Positions 46,607 through 58,800 of a DNA stretch of 64,000 bases are shown here, in pieces; position 1 is the stretch's first letter, and the number at the start of each line of letters is the position of its first letter. The stretch lies in sequence record PZ445526.1, one strand, 5' to 3'. A program made the position numbers and the translations under genes. The notes under the pieces were generated by a model. That model was not told the DNA's origin, ran no database searches, and was given only the letters and a program-made list of their open reading frames with translations. The DNA is from a phage.

Positions 46607-46915
46607 CTATTTTATTCCGCGTGATGCAATTGTGTTCTGTCGTTTAACACCAGTTTGTTTAAAGTCATGATTGTCGATTTGATCGGTACGAGCAACTCCG
46701 AATGATGATTTGATCTTAGCTTTAGATCCTTTAGTTATAGAAATAAACATCTCAGAAGCCCCTTTCTTAAAGTCCGAGGCGATTACTTCAACGCCGTTCT
46801 TAGCAAGTGACTTCAGAATTGCCTCCGCGTATTCATCGTCAAGACTTGCCTGAGTATTAATAACGAATGTCTTTGGCGCAGCCGCTTCATTGATAAATTC
46901 TTTAAATGTTTTCAT
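46607..46915 (-). CDS. internal-protein-like gene with capsid targeting sequence (102 aa)
   Basis: N-terminus MKTFKEFINEA; basic, Lys-rich payload. Confidence 0.55.
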   Translation of the reverse strand: MKTFKEFINEAAAPKTFVINTQASLDDEYAEAILKSLAKNGVEVIASDFKKGASEMFISITKGSKAKIKSSFGVARTDQIDNHDFKQTGVKRQNTIASRGIK

Positions 46916-46945
46916 TTTATTTTCCTAATTAATTTTGATAGGGTA

Positions 46946-46975
46946 ATAGTATCACTACCCTATTTAAAAGTAAAC
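46946..46975 (-). promoter_or_regulatory. T4-type early promoter (cassette copy)
   Basis: Sense GTTTACTTTTAAATAGGGTAGTGATACTAT plus leader ACCCTATCAAAATTAATTAGGAAAATAAAATG. Confidence 0.55.
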
Positions 46976-47248
46976 TCATTTTAAATAAATTGCGTATTTT
47001 TTATAACCCGCTGACTCATGACGAAGACCCTTATCATTAGCAAAACGCTCAATGTTGTTAATTTGATTCTGATCAAGTTCAGAGATGTCAAACACGAAAA
47101 AGTTACGTTTGTTACCAACTGTTATATAGTCAGTTAAATCAATATCATATAGGTAATTGATGTCAGCAATCAAAGTCTTGACAGCTTTGCTAATTTTTAC
47201 TTTTTCGTTAAAAGCAGCTTCAGCAATAAATTCTTGATACGTTTTCAT
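46976..47248 (-). CDS. internal-protein-like gene with capsid targeting sequence (90 aa)
   Basis: ATG at 47248: MKTYQEFIAEAAFNEKVKISKAV...; identical first 11 residues to the ipIII-like gene. Confidence 0.55.
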   Translation of the reverse strand: MKTYQEFIAEAAFNEKVKISKAVKTLIADINYLYDIDLTDYITVGNKRNFFVFDISELDQNQINNIERFANDKGLRHESAGYKKYAIYLK

Positions 47249-47276
47249 TTTATTCTCCTCAGTAGTTGATAGGGTA

Positions 47277-47306
47277 ATAGTATCACTACTAAAACCCAGT
47301 GTAAAC
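47277..47306 (-). promoter_or_regulatory. T4-type early promoter (cassette copy)
   Basis: Sense GTTTACACTGGGTTTTAGTAGTGATACTAT plus leader ACCCTATCAACTACTGAGGAGAATAAAATG. Confidence 0.55.
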
Positions 47307-47318
47307 AACTTTGTGAAA

Positions 47319-48015
<697 letters not shown>

Positions 48016-48016
<1 letters not shown>

Positions 48017-48741
48017 TATAGTACCTTTAGTGTATTTTTAATTTTAGAAAAAAGTTCTTCAAGAGAACCATCGTTTGTAATTACTAAATCGCCATCACGA
48101 ATTGGCAATCCAGCTTCTGTAATATGTGTATCATTGGATTTTTGACCAGGACGAACTACATGAATTACTGTAGCACCCATCGCCCTAGCCGCATCCATTT
48201 CATGATCTTGACGGGTATCAGGAACGATATAATAATCATAACCTGAGTTAAATTTATCAAGATAATCTAAAGCAAATAATTTTACCCAGTACATGCGGTC
48301 GAAGTTATTAACAATCAAATCCGTACCTAGGGCTTGCATCAGACGACGGACTGACCATTGATCTTCAATATTATTTATAACGTCAATAATCTTGTTAAAT
48401 GCTACGGAATTAACTGATTCTTGTCCTTCGTCATCAAAAACAAACACACCCTTAATTGGGCTTTTACCATTAAGATAGCAAAATGCTTGTTCCATAATCG
48501 TGATTACTTCTAATTTAGTCAGATTTAAATTAGTCTCACGATCATAGTCAATTCCTTCAAACTCTTTACGAGTTAAGCAAGGATAGTCAGTGTTTGCTGC
48601 AAATACTCCCCATGCATAAGCCAATGCATCCTTAATAGGACCAGCAAGTTGGTATTTAACTGCAGAATAATTGCTCATGATAAAATCAGCAGTAGTATCT
48701 TTTCCACTACGCTTTACACCGCTTAAAAAGATTAGTTTCAT
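48016..48741 (-). CDS. 1: deoxynucleoside monophosphate kinase
   Basis: ATG at 48741 (MKLIFLSGVKRSGKDTTADF...), 241 aa; P-loop GVKRSGKDT; T4 gp1-like. Confidence 0.9.
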
Positions 48742-48790
48742 GTGTTTCTCCTCAAATTTAATTAAGATTATAACACACAAAACTGAAGCA

Positions 48791-49321
48791 TTAAACTTCT
48801 GCTATAATTTTACCATCTTTTTCTACTTGAAAATAGGTGTAAGGAATCGTTGCAGTACATACTAAAGCCGGGTCTGAATCTTCTGTGTAGCTAAATTCTA
48901 CTTCAGATAGGTCAGAAACCCAAGGCTTATAAAAATTTATTGACATCACGATTTCAGTTTTGCTATTATCTAAGATGTAAAGCGTAATGTACTCAGGACC
49001 TGTTTTTTGGGCAGTATTTTCACCTGTAAGATAGTTGCTAGTTCCTAGCATCCATTCATACATTCCTATCCACGACTTAAGTTCTTCATCAACTATAAAT
49101 CTCACAATGAGTGGATCATACTCAAATGTAACACCTGGACGTTGTGCTCGGCCTAGTCCAAACGGCCCAGTCACGGTATCAGTAACAGGTATTCTAATTC
49201 CTGGAATAGGAACTGACTGAGCATTTAAAGTAAAAGCAGATGTAGTATTACTGTGCGGTATTGATACTACAAAGTTAGTTGTATTTGCTTGGTTAAAAAT
49301 TTGTTGCAGAGCTTGCGACAT
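48791..49321 (-). CDS. 3: tail completion / sheath stabilizer protein
   Basis: ATG at 49321 (MSQALQQIFNQANTTNFVVSIPHSN...), 176 aa; T4 gp3-like. Confidence 0.8.
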   Translation of the reverse strand: MSQALQQIFNQANTTNFVVSIPHSNTTSAFTLNAQSVPIPGIRIPVTDTVTGPFGLGRAQRPGVTFEYDPLIVRFIVDEELKSWIGMYEWMLGTSNYLTGENTAQKTGPEYITLYILDNSKTEIVMSINFYKPWVSDLSEVEFSYTEDSDPALVCTATIPYTYFQVEKDGKIIAEV

Positions 49322-49427
49322 ATATTCCTCATAATGCTTTATAACTGTTGGTGGTATAATGGGTCTAAGTCCCTTCCATTCAATTCCATTTAGAACAAAC
49401 AACAGAAAAGAATGGAAGATAATAGAA

Positions 49428-50252
49428 TTAGATATTTGACCAGACTTTGTTTGCAGAGAAACGTTTTCCTTTTGAAACGAACTGCTGAAGTGGCATTAAC
49501 ACAACGTTCGCCCAGTCTTTCGGGGCGATTTCAACAAGGCTACCCATAATATTACCGGGTATATATGCCTTAATCATTTGGTCTGCACCCCTAAATCCTT
49601 TCACTTGACTCCAATCAATTTTTAATTTCGTTTTATTAGTAATAGTAGGTGTATTTGCATATTGCTTTAAAAGCTCTTCTAGAAATTGCTGACGAGCTTT
49701 AGGTGGAATATAGTGCAAGTTTAATCCGTACATTAAATTATGCTTGCCTAAACCAAGGTAAATTATCAAAGGAAATTTATCCCAGTAAGGAAGAGTTTCC
49801 TTGTGTTTAGCATCATAAGCAAAAGCATATATTCGTCCCGGCTGCGGGCGAACAACTTTATGTCCTTTTACTTGCTTAATAGTTTCAGCAAACCACTTTC
49901 TGGTTTTATTATTAATTGCTGCACCTTCATTACGAATTTTATCACGCAATGTTTGTCTGAATGAATTTATCATAAGCAGTTGTCTTTCTTGCTTATTGAG
50001 TTTATTCATTGGTTTTGATTCAAGCTTTTGAATCTTTTCAGCCGTTTTAATTCCTGAAGCATATTTTGACATTGCTGAAGTAAACGTAGAGTATTTGATT
50101 CCTCTTTCTTCAGCAAATTGCTTTCCTGTCATTCCTTTTGCTTTGGCCTTTTTATATTCAAGACCTATCTGAATCCATTTCTTTTCGTTTAATGATTGCT
50201 TAACCTTTGGAACTTGGGGAGTGCTTTCATTAATTATTTGAAAAATAGCCAT
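49428..50252 (-). CDS. 2: DNA end protector protein
   Basis: 274-aa ORF in the gene 2 position, size as T4 gp2; overlaps the gene 4 stop. Confidence 0.8.
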
Positions 50253-50704
50253 TATGCCCCCTTAAAGCCAAGAGCTCGTAATCCATCTTCTGTTAGAATT
50301 CTAAATTTTATTCCACGCTTTTCAGCTAAAGATTGTGCTGCTTTCCATTTGTCGGTATTAACAGAATATGTATAAATTTCATTCATAAATCTTTTCTTCG
50401 CTGCAGTTGTTAGATGTGCTGGTTTAACTGGTGGTTGTGTTTCTTTTTTAGGTTTTATTTCAATAAAAAATTCTTGTCCAGAAGAATCTTTCATCCAAAT
50501 ATCCATGAAGTATCTACGTTTTTTCCCTTCTGCATTACAAAAATAAGGAATTACTGCTGTTTCACTACCCCATGCAATAATTTCTGGATTTTTATCTAAC
50601 CATTCAAAAAAGAATTTTTCCCAATTTGATCTATACGTAATTTTTTTAGGGTCACCTCTATACTTTGATATATTTTTAGGAACCCATTTTCCAGAATATG
50701 CCAT
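50252..50704 (-). CDS. 4: head completion protein
   Basis: 150-aa ORF, size and position as T4 gp4; preceded by a late promoter. Confidence 0.8.
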
Positions 50705-50715
50705 TGGATTCTCCT

Positions 50716-50723
50716 TATAAATA
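50716..50723 (+). promoter_or_regulatory. late promoter (TATAAATA) for gene 53 and the downstream baseplate operon
   Basis: Plus-strand TATAAATA about 29 bp upstream of the gene 53 ATG. Confidence 0.65.
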
Positions 50724-50730
50724 GATAATA

Positions 50731-50738
50731 TATTTATA
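50731..50738 (-). promoter_or_regulatory. late promoter (TATAAATA) for genes 4-2-3, divergent from the gene 53 promoter
   Basis: Plus-strand TATTTATA = minus-sense TATAAATA about 27 bp upstream of the gene 4 ATG. Confidence 0.6.
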
Positions 50739-50751
50739 AACAGGAGGGCCC

Positions 50752-51342
50752 ATGCTCTTTACATTTTTTGATCCGATTGAATATGCGGCCAAAACGGTGA
50801 ATAAAAACGCGCCGACTATTCCTATTACAGATATTTTTAGAAACTATAAAGACTATTTTAAACGCGCTCTTGCGGGATACCGTTTACGTACTTATTATAT
50901 TAAAGGTTCACCACGCCCGGAAGAATTAGCAAATACTATATATGGAAATCCACAGTTGTATTGGGTTTTATTGATGTGTAATGATAATTATGATCCGTAT
51001 TATGGATGGATTACTTCACAAGAAGCTGCTTATCAAGCATCTATACAAAAATACAAAAATGTAGGTGGAGACCAAATAGTATATCATGTGAATGAGAATG
51101 GTGAAAAATTTTATAATTTAATATCATACGATGATAATCCATATGTTTGGTATGACAAAGGTGATAAAGCTAGAAAATATCCTCAATATGAAGGAGCACT
51201 TGCTGCGGTCGATACGTATGAAGCTGCTGTTCTTGAAAATGAAAAACTTCGTCAAATAAAAATAATAGCAAAATCAGACATCAATTCATTTATGAACGAC
51301 CTTATACGTATAATGGAGAAATCTTATGGAAATGATAAGTAA
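50752..51342 (+). CDS. 53: baseplate wedge protein
   Basis: 196-aa ORF in the gene 53 position (divergent from gene 4, upstream of gene 5). Confidence 0.8.
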   Translation: MLFTFFDPIEYAAKTVNKNAPTIPITDIFRNYKDYFKRALAGYRLRTYYIKGSPRPEELANTIYGNPQLYWVLLMCNDNYDPYYGWITSQEAAYQASIQKYKNVGGDQIVYHVNENGEKFYNLISYDDNPYVWYDKGDKARKYPQYEGALAAVDTYEAAVLENEKLRQIKIIAKSDINSFMNDLIRIMEKSYGNDK

Positions 51343-53053
51343 TAACCTTAATTGGTTTGTTGGTGTTGTTGAAGATAGAATGGACCCATTAAAATTAGGT
51401 CGTGTTCGTGTTCGTGTGGTTGGTTTGCATCCACCTCAAAGAGCACAAGGTGATGTAATGGGTATTCCAACTGAAAAATTACCATGGATGTCAGTTATTC
51501 AACCTATAACTTCTGCAGCGATGTCAGGAATTGGAGGTTCTGTTACAGGGCCAGTAGAAGGAACTAGAGTTTATGGTCATTTTTTAGACAAATGGAAAAC
51601 TAACGGAATTGTCCTTGGCACGTATGGTGGAATAGTTCGCGAAAAACCGAATAGACTTGAAGGATTTTCTGACCCAACTGGGCAGTATCCTAGACGTTTA
51701 GGAAATGATACGAACGTATTAAACCAAGGCGGAGAAGTAGGATATGATTCCTCTTCTAACGTTATTCAAGATAGTAACTTAGACACCGCAATAAATCCCG
51801 ATGATAGACCACTATCAGAGATTCCAACCGATGATAATCCAAATATGTCAATGGCTGAAATGCTTCGCCGTGATGAAGGATTAAGACTAAAAGTTTATTG
51901 GGATACCGAAGGATATCCGACAATTGGTATTGGTCATCTTATCATGAAGCAGCCAGTTCGTGATATGGCTCAAATTAATAAAGTTTTATCAAAACAAGTT
52001 GGTCGTGAAATTACTGGAAACCCAGGTTCTATTACAATGGAAGAAGCGACGACTTTATTTGAACGTGATTTGGCTGATATGCAACGGGACATTAAATCAC
52101 ATTCTAAAGTAGGACCGGTCTGGCAAGCTGTCAACCGTTCTCGTCAAATGGCGTTAGAAAATATGGCATTTCAGATGGGTGTTGGTGGTGTAGCTAAATT
52201 TAACACAATGTTAACTGCTATGTTAGCAGGAGATTGGGAAAAAGCATATAAAGCTGGTCGTGATTCATTGTGGTATCAACAAACAAAAGGCCGTGCATCC
52301 CGTGTTACTATGATTATTCTTACGGGAAATTTGGAATCATATGGTGTTGAAGTGAAAACCCCAGCTAGGTCTCTATCAGCAATGGCTGCTACTGTAGCTA
52401 AATCTTCTGACCCTGCTGACCCTCCTATTCCAAATGACTCGAGAATTTTATTCAAAGAACCAGTTTCTTCATATAAAGGTGAATATCCTTATGTGCATAC
52501 AATGGAAACTGAAAGCGGACATATTCAGGAATTTGATGATACCCCTGGGCAAGAACGATATAGATTAGTTCATCCAACTGGAACTTATGAAGAAGTATCA
52601 CCATCAGGAAGAAGAACAAGAAAAACTGTTGATAATTTGTATGATATAACCAATGCTGATGGTAATTTTTTGGTAGCCGGTGATAAAAAGACTAACGTCG
52701 GTGGATCAGAAATTTATTACAACATGGATAATCGTCTTCACCAGATAGATGGAAGCAATACAATATTTGTGCGTGGCGATGAAACTAAGACGGTTGAAGG
52801 TAATGGAACTATCCTAGTCAAAGGTAATGTTACTATTGTAGTTGAAGGCAATGCTGACATTACAGTTAAAGGAGATGCTACCACTTTAGTTGAAGGAAAT
52901 CAAACTAATACAGTAAATGGAAATCTTTCTTGGAAAGTTGCTGGGACAGTTGATTGGGACGTTGGTGGTGATTGGACAGAAAAAATGGCATCTATGAGTT
53001 CTATTTCATCTGGTCAATATACAATTGATGGATCGAGGATTGACATTGGCTAA
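51326..53053 (+). CDS. 5: baseplate hub / tail lysozyme (cell-puncturing device)
   Basis: 575-aa ORF; central lysozyme domain (MAEMLRRDEGLRLKVYWDTEGYPTIGIGHLI, paralogous to e); C-terminal VxGxxxxx beta-helix repeats. Confidence 0.93.
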   Translation: MEMISNNLNWFVGVVEDRMDPLKLGRVRVRVVGLHPPQRAQGDVMGIPTEKLPWMSVIQPITSAAMSGIGGSVTGPVEGTRVYGHFLDKWKTNGIVLGTYGGIVREKPNRLEGFSDPTGQYPRRLGNDTNVLNQGGEVGYDSSSNVIQDSNLDTAINPDDRPLSEIPTDDNPNMSMAEMLRRDEGLRLKVYWDTEGYPTIGIGHLIMKQPVRDMAQINKVLSKQVGREITGNPGSITMEEATTLFERDLADMQRDIKSHSKVGPVWQAVNRSRQMALENMAFQMGVGGVAKFNTMLTAMLAGDWEKAYKAGRDSLWYQQTKGRASRVTMIILTGNLESYGVEVKTPARSLSAMAATVAKSSDPADPPIPNDSRILFKEPVSSYKGEYPYVHTMETESGHIQEFDDTPGQERYRLVHPTGTYEEVSPSGRRTRKTVDNLYDITNADGNFLVAGDKKTNVGGSEIYYNMDNRLHQIDGSNTIFVRGDETKTVEGNGTILVKGNVTIVVEGNADITVKGDATTLVEGNQTNTVNGNLSWKVAGTVDWDVGGDWTEKMASMSSISSGQYTIDGSRIDIG

Positions 53054-53582
53054 TATACTTCCAATGAGCGCTGATTTAGGAGAATCCATGGAAGGTTCTT
53101 CTATCGACGTCACCTTTACCGCTCAATTAGAAACAGGTGAAACGTTAGTATCTATAAATATAACTAGTTACGAAGAAACTCCTGGAGTTTTAGTAGAAGA
53201 AAATCGCTTATATGGAACATATGAATCTGTATTTGGTTTCGGAAATGACGCGTTGAAATATCGTTTAGGCGATGAATTTAAAACTGCTGCTTCATGGGAA
53301 GAACTTCCTACTGATTCTGATACTCAGTTGTATTTGTGGAAAGCTCCTCAAAACCTCCAGAAGACATTCACTTACGAAGTAACATTAATATATGACTACC
53401 AAGAACAAAGTGAATCTGGATGTTCTGGCAGTAATTCTAGGTCATCTTCTGATACTACTGAACCGACAGATCCTCCTGCTCCAGTAAGAAAAACTCTAGT
53501 TAAAAATTATACTAAAACTATAGTTGGAAATTGGAGTCGTTGGGCTAATAAATTGAGAAGCTATGTGTATGAGAGGCCATAA
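53025..53582 (+). CDS. hypothetical protein (5.1 position), start uncertain
   Basis: 185-aa track ORF overlapping the gene 5 end; an internal ATG at 53064 is an alternative start. Confidence 0.55.
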   Translation: MMDRGLTLANILPMSADLGESMEGSSIDVTFTAQLETGETLVSINITSYEETPGVLVEENRLYGTYESVFGFGNDALKYRLGDEFKTAASWEELPTDSDTQLYLWKAPQNLQKTFTYEVTLIYDYQEQSESGCSGSNSRSSSDTTEPTDPPAPVRKTLVKNYTKTIVGNWSRWANKLRSYVYERP

Positions 53583-53876
53583 ATGTCAGGATTAAGTTAT
53601 GATAAGTGTGTTACTGCTGGCCATGAAGCGTGGCCTCCAACAGTTGTGAATGCTACACAAAGTAAAGTATTCACTGGAGGAATTGCTGTTCTCGTAGAAG
53701 GCGATCCAATTACAGAACATACAGAAATTAAAAAGCCGTATGAAACACATGGCGGAGTGACACAACCTAGAACTTCTAAGGTATATGTCACTGGAAAGAA
53801 AGCTGTTCAAATGGCTGATCCAATATCATGCGGTGATACTGTGGCTCAGGCATCATCTAAAGTATTCATTAAATAG
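53583..53876 (+). CDS. 5.4: PAAR-repeat spike-tip protein
   Basis: 97-aa [49 protein letters not shown]...; PAAR-like fold known to cap the gp5 spike in T4. Confidence 0.8.
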   Translation: MSGLSYDKCVTAGHEAWPPTVVNATQSKVFTGGIAVLVEGDPITEHTEIKKPYETHGGVTQPRTSKVYVTGKKAVQMADPISCGDTVAQASSKVFIK

Positions 53877-53884
53877 GATTTAAA

Positions 53885-55867
53885 ATGGCAAATACCCCTG
53901 TAAATTATCAATTAACAAGAACAGCAAATGCTATTCCCGAGATATTCGTCGGGGGTACGTTTGCTGAAATAAAACAAAACCTCATTGAATGGCTTAATGG
54001 CCAAAATGAATTTTTGGATTATGATTTTGAAGGCTCAAGATTAAACGTTCTGTGCGACCTTTTGGCTTATAATACGCTGTACATTCAACAGTTTGGTAAT
54101 GCTGCTGTGTATGAAAGCTTTATGCGTACTGCTAACTTACGAAGTTCAGTTGTTCAAGCTGCACAAGATAACGGATATTTACCTACTTCAAAATCCGCTG
54201 CGCAGACCGAAATTATGTTAACATGCACTGACGCATTGAATAGGAATTACATTACAATTCCTCGCGGAACTCGCTTTTTAGCATATGCAAAAGATACTTC
54301 TGTTAATCCATATAACTTCGTTTCTACCGAAGACGTTATTGCTATTCGTGATAAAAATAACCAATATTTTCCGCGTTTAAAATTGGCTCAGGGACGTATA
54401 GTAAGAACTGAAATCATTTATGATAAATTAACACCTATTATCATTTATGATAAAAATATTGATAGAAACCAGGTTAAATTATACGTTGATGGAGCGGAAT
54501 GGATTAACTGGACGAGAAAGTCAATGGTTCATGCTGGTTCAACATCAACGATTTACTATATGCGTGAAACTATTGATGGAAACACTGAATTCTATTTTGG
54601 TGAAGGTGAAATTTCTGTTAATGCTTCTGAAGGAGCTTTGACCGCTAATTATATCGGAGGTCTTAAACCTACTCAGAACTCTACGATTGTCATTGAGTAC
54701 ATCAGTACTAACGGCGCTGACGCGAACGGAGCAGTCGGATTTTCATACGCAGATACATTAACGAATATAACTGTCATCAATATTAATGAAAATCCAAACG
54801 ATGACCCAGATTTTGTTGGGGCAGATGGTGGCGGTGATCCAGAAGATATTGAGCGTATTCGCGAATTGGGTACTATTAAACGCGAAACTCAGCAACGATG
54901 CGTAACTGCGACTGACTACGATACATTCGTTTCAGAGAGATTTGGTTCTATTATTCAAGCTGTTCAAACTTTCACTGATTCTACTAAACCTGGGTATGCA
55001 TTTATTGCTGCTAAACCTAAATCAGGATTGTATTTAACTACTGTACAACGTGAAGATATTAAAAATTATCTCAAAGACTATAATTTAGCTCCTATTACAC
55101 CTTCAATTATTTCTCCTAATTATCTTTTTATTAAGACTAATTTAAAAGTTACATATGCTTTAAATAAACTGCAAGAATCCGAGCAGTGGCTTGAAGGTCA
55201 AATAATTGATAAAATTGATCGCTATTATACCGAAGATGTAGAAATTTTTAACTCATCTTTCGCTAAATCTAAGATGTTGACATATGTAGATGATGCAGAT
55301 CATTCTGTCATTGGTTCATCAGCGACTATTCAAATGGTTCGTGAAGTACAAAACTTCTATAAAACACCTGAAGCAGGTATTAAATACAATAATCAAATAA
55401 AAGATCGTTCTATGGAATCTAATACGTTTTCATTTAATTCTGGACGAAAGGTTGTAAATCCTGATACTGGTTTAGAAGAAGATGTATTATATGACGTTCG
55501 TATAGTATCAACAGACCGAGATTCTAAAGGAATTGGTAAAGTTATTATTGGTCCATTTGCTTCTGGCGATGTTACAGAAAATGAAAACATTCAGCCGTAT
55601 ACAGGCAACGATTTTAACAAATTAGCAAATTCTGATGGACGTGACAAATACTATGTTATCGGTGAAATAAATTATCCAGCTGATGTGATTTATTGGAATA
55701 TCGCTAAAATTAATTTAACATCTGAAAAATTTGAAGTTCAGACTATTGAATTATATTCTGACCCAACCGATGATGTTATCTTTACTCGCGATGGTTCATT
55801 GATTGTATTTGAAAATGACTTACGTCCACAATACTTAACTATCGATTTGGAGCCTATATCACAATGA
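53885..55867 (+). CDS. 6: baseplate wedge protein
   Basis: 660-aa ORF, size and order as T4 gp6. Confidence 0.9.
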   Translation: MANTPVNYQLTRTANAIPEIFVGGTFAEIKQNLIEWLNGQNEFLDYDFEGSRLNVLCDLLAYNTLYIQQFGNAAVYESFMRTANLRSSVVQAAQDNGYLPTSKSAAQTEIMLTCTDALNRNYITIPRGTRFLAYAKDTSVNPYNFVSTEDVIAIRDKNNQYFPRLKLAQGRIVRTEIIYDKLTPIIIYDKNIDRNQVKLYVDGAEWINWTRKSMVHAGSTSTIYYMRETIDGNTEFYFGEGEISVNASEGALTANYIGGLKPTQNSTIVIEYISTNGADANGAVGFSYADTLTNITVININENPNDDPDFVGADGGGDPEDIERIRELGTIKRETQQRCVTATDYDTFVSERFGSIIQAVQTFTDSTKPGYAFIAAKPKSGLYLTTVQREDIKNYLKDYNLAPITPSIISPNYLFIKTNLKVTYALNKLQESEQWLEGQIIDKIDRYYTEDVEIFNSSFAKSKMLTYVDDADHSVIGSSATIQMVREVQNFYKTPEAGIKYNNQIKDRSMESNTFSFNSGRKVVNPDTGLEEDVLYDVRIVSTDRDSKGIGKVIIGPFASGDVTENENIQPYTGNDFNKLANSDGRDKYYVIGEINYPADVIYWNIAKINLTSEKFEVQTIELYSDPTDDVIFTRDGSLIVFENDLRPQYLTIDLEPISQ

Positions 55868-58800
55868 CAGTAAAAGCACCTTCAGTCACTAGTCTCAGAA
55901 TTTCCAAGTTATCCGCAAATCAGGTGCAAGTACGCTGGGATGACGTTGGTGCTAATTTCTACTATTTTGTAGAAATCGCTGAGACAAAAACAAACTCGGG
56001 GGAAAAACTCCCGAGTAATCAATATAAATGGATTAATTTAGGATATACAGCAAATAATAGTTTCTTTTTTGATGATGCTGATCCATTAACAACATACATT
56101 ATTAGAGTAGCCACAGCTGCGCAAGATTTTGAGCAGTCTGACTGGATTTATACAGAAGAGTTTGAAACTTTTGCTACAAATGCTTATACATTTCAAAACA
56201 TGATTGAAATGCAATTAGCCAATAAATTCATTCAGGAAAAATTTACTCTTAATAATTCTGATTATGTTAATTTTAATAATGACACTATAATGGCTGCATT
56301 GATGAATGAATCGTTCCAATTCAGCCCATCATATGTTGATGTTTCATCAATAAGTAATTTTATTATTGGTGAAAATGAGTATCATGAAATACAAGGTTCT
56401 ATTCAGCAAGTATGTAAGGATATTAACCGTGTTTATTTGATGGAATCAGAAGGGATTCTATATCTTTTTGAGCGTTATCAACCTGTAGTTAAAGTATCTA
56501 ATGATAAAGGACAAACCTGGAAAGCTGTAAAGCTCTTCAATGACCGTGTAGGATATCCTTTATCTAAGACAGTATATTACCAATCTGCGAACACTACATA
56601 CGTTCTAGGATACGACAAGATTTTCTACGGCCGTAAATCTACTGATGTTAGATGGTCAGCTGATGATGTCAGATTTAGTTCGCAGGATATAACATTCGCT
56701 AAACTTGGCGACCAATTACACCTAGGATTTGATGTAGAAATTTTTGCCACTTATGCGACTTTACCAGCGAATGTATATCGCATTGCAGAAGCTATTACTT
56801 GCACCGATGATTACATTTACGTTGTCGCTAGAGACAAAGTTAGATACATAAAAACGAGTAATGCACCTATAGATTCTGATCCATTATCTCCAACATATTC
56901 GGAAAGACTTTTTGAACCTGATACTATGACTATAACCGGAAATCCTAAAGCAGTATGCTATAAAATGGATTCTATCGGTGATAAAGTTTTTGCTCTTATT
57001 ATTGGAGAAGTTGAAACATTAAATGCCAATCCGAGAACTTCAAAAATAATTGATTCTGCTGATAAAGGAATATATGTTTTAAATCATGACGAAAAAACAT
57101 GGAAAAGAGTTTTCGGTAATACCGAAGAAGAAAGAAGACGTATTCAACCCGGATATGCGAATATGTCAACTGACGGTAAATTAGTTTCTCTGTCTTCGAG
57201 TAATTTTAAATTTTTAAGTGATAATGTTGTTAATGACCCTGAAACTGCAGCAAAATATCAGTTAATCGGTGCTGTTAAATATGAATTTCCTCGTGAATGG
57301 TTAGCTGATAAGCATTATCATATGATGGCATTTATAGCGGATGAAACAACTGATTGGGAGACTTTTACTCCTCAACCAATGAAATACTACGCAGAACCAT
57401 TCTTTAACTGGTCTAAAAAATCTAACACACGCTGTTGGATAAACAACTCTGATAGAGCTGTAGTAGTTTATGCTGATTTAAAATACACTAAAGTTATAGA
57501 AAATATTCCGGAAACATCACCAGATAGATTAGTTCATGAATACTGGGATGATGGTGATTGCACTATAGTAATGCCAAATGTTAAATTCACTGGATTTAAA
57601 AAATACGCATCAGGAATGCTTTTCTACAAAGCCTCCGGTGAAATAATTTCTTACTATGATTTTAACTATCGTGTGAGAGATACGGTAGAAATTATTTGGA
57701 AGCCAACTGAAGTATTTTTAAAAGCATTTTTACAAAACCAAGAGCATGAGACTCCTTGGTCACCAGAAGAAGAGCGTGGATTAGCTGACCCCGATTTAAG
57801 ACCATTAATTGGCACAATGATGCCTGATTCTTATTTGTTACAGGATTCGAATTTTGAGGCATTTTGCGAAGCATATATTCAGTATCTTTCCGATGGATAT
57901 GGAACTCAGTATAATAATTTACGAAATTTAATTCGTAACAAATATCCACGAGAAGAGCATGCATGGGAATATTTGTGGTCAGAGATATATAAAAGAAACA
58001 TTTATTTAAACGCTGACAAACGCGATGCTGTTGCAAGATTTTTTGAATCACGTAGCTATGATTTTTATTCTACTAAAGGAATTGAAGCATCATACAAATT
58101 TCTTTTTAAAGTTCTTTATAATGAAGAAGTTGAAATTGAAATTGAATCTGGGGCTGGTACTGAATATGACATAATCGTTCAATCTGATTCTTTGACTGAA
58201 GACTTAGTAGGACAAACGATTTATACGCCAACAGGAAGATGTAATGTTACTTATATAGAAAGAAGCTATTCTAATGGTAAATTGCAATGGACCGTAACTA
58301 TTCATAATCTTTTAGGGCGATTAATTGCTGGTCAAGAAGTTAAAGCAGAAAGACTCCCTAGTTTTGAAGGCGAAATTATTCGTGGGGTTAAAGGAAAGGA
58401 TTTGCTTCAAAACAATATAGACTATATTAATAGAAGTAGATCATACTACGTAATGAAAATTAAATCCAATTTACCTTCTTCTCGCTGGAAATCTGATGTT
58501 ATTCGTTTTGTTCATCCAGTAGGATTTGGATTTATAGCAATTACCCTTTTAACAATGTTTATTAATGTTGGTTTAACTCTTAAACATACAGAGACTATAA
58601 TTAATAAATACAAAAACTATAAATGGGATTCTGGATTGCCTACTGAATATGCTGATAGAATAGCTAAATTAACTCCAACTGGTGAAATTGAGCATGATTC
58701 AGTAACAGGCGAAGCAATTTATGAGCCTGGCCCAATGGCTGGTGTAGAATATCCTCTTCCTGATGACTATAATGCTGAAAATAATAATTCAATATTTCAA

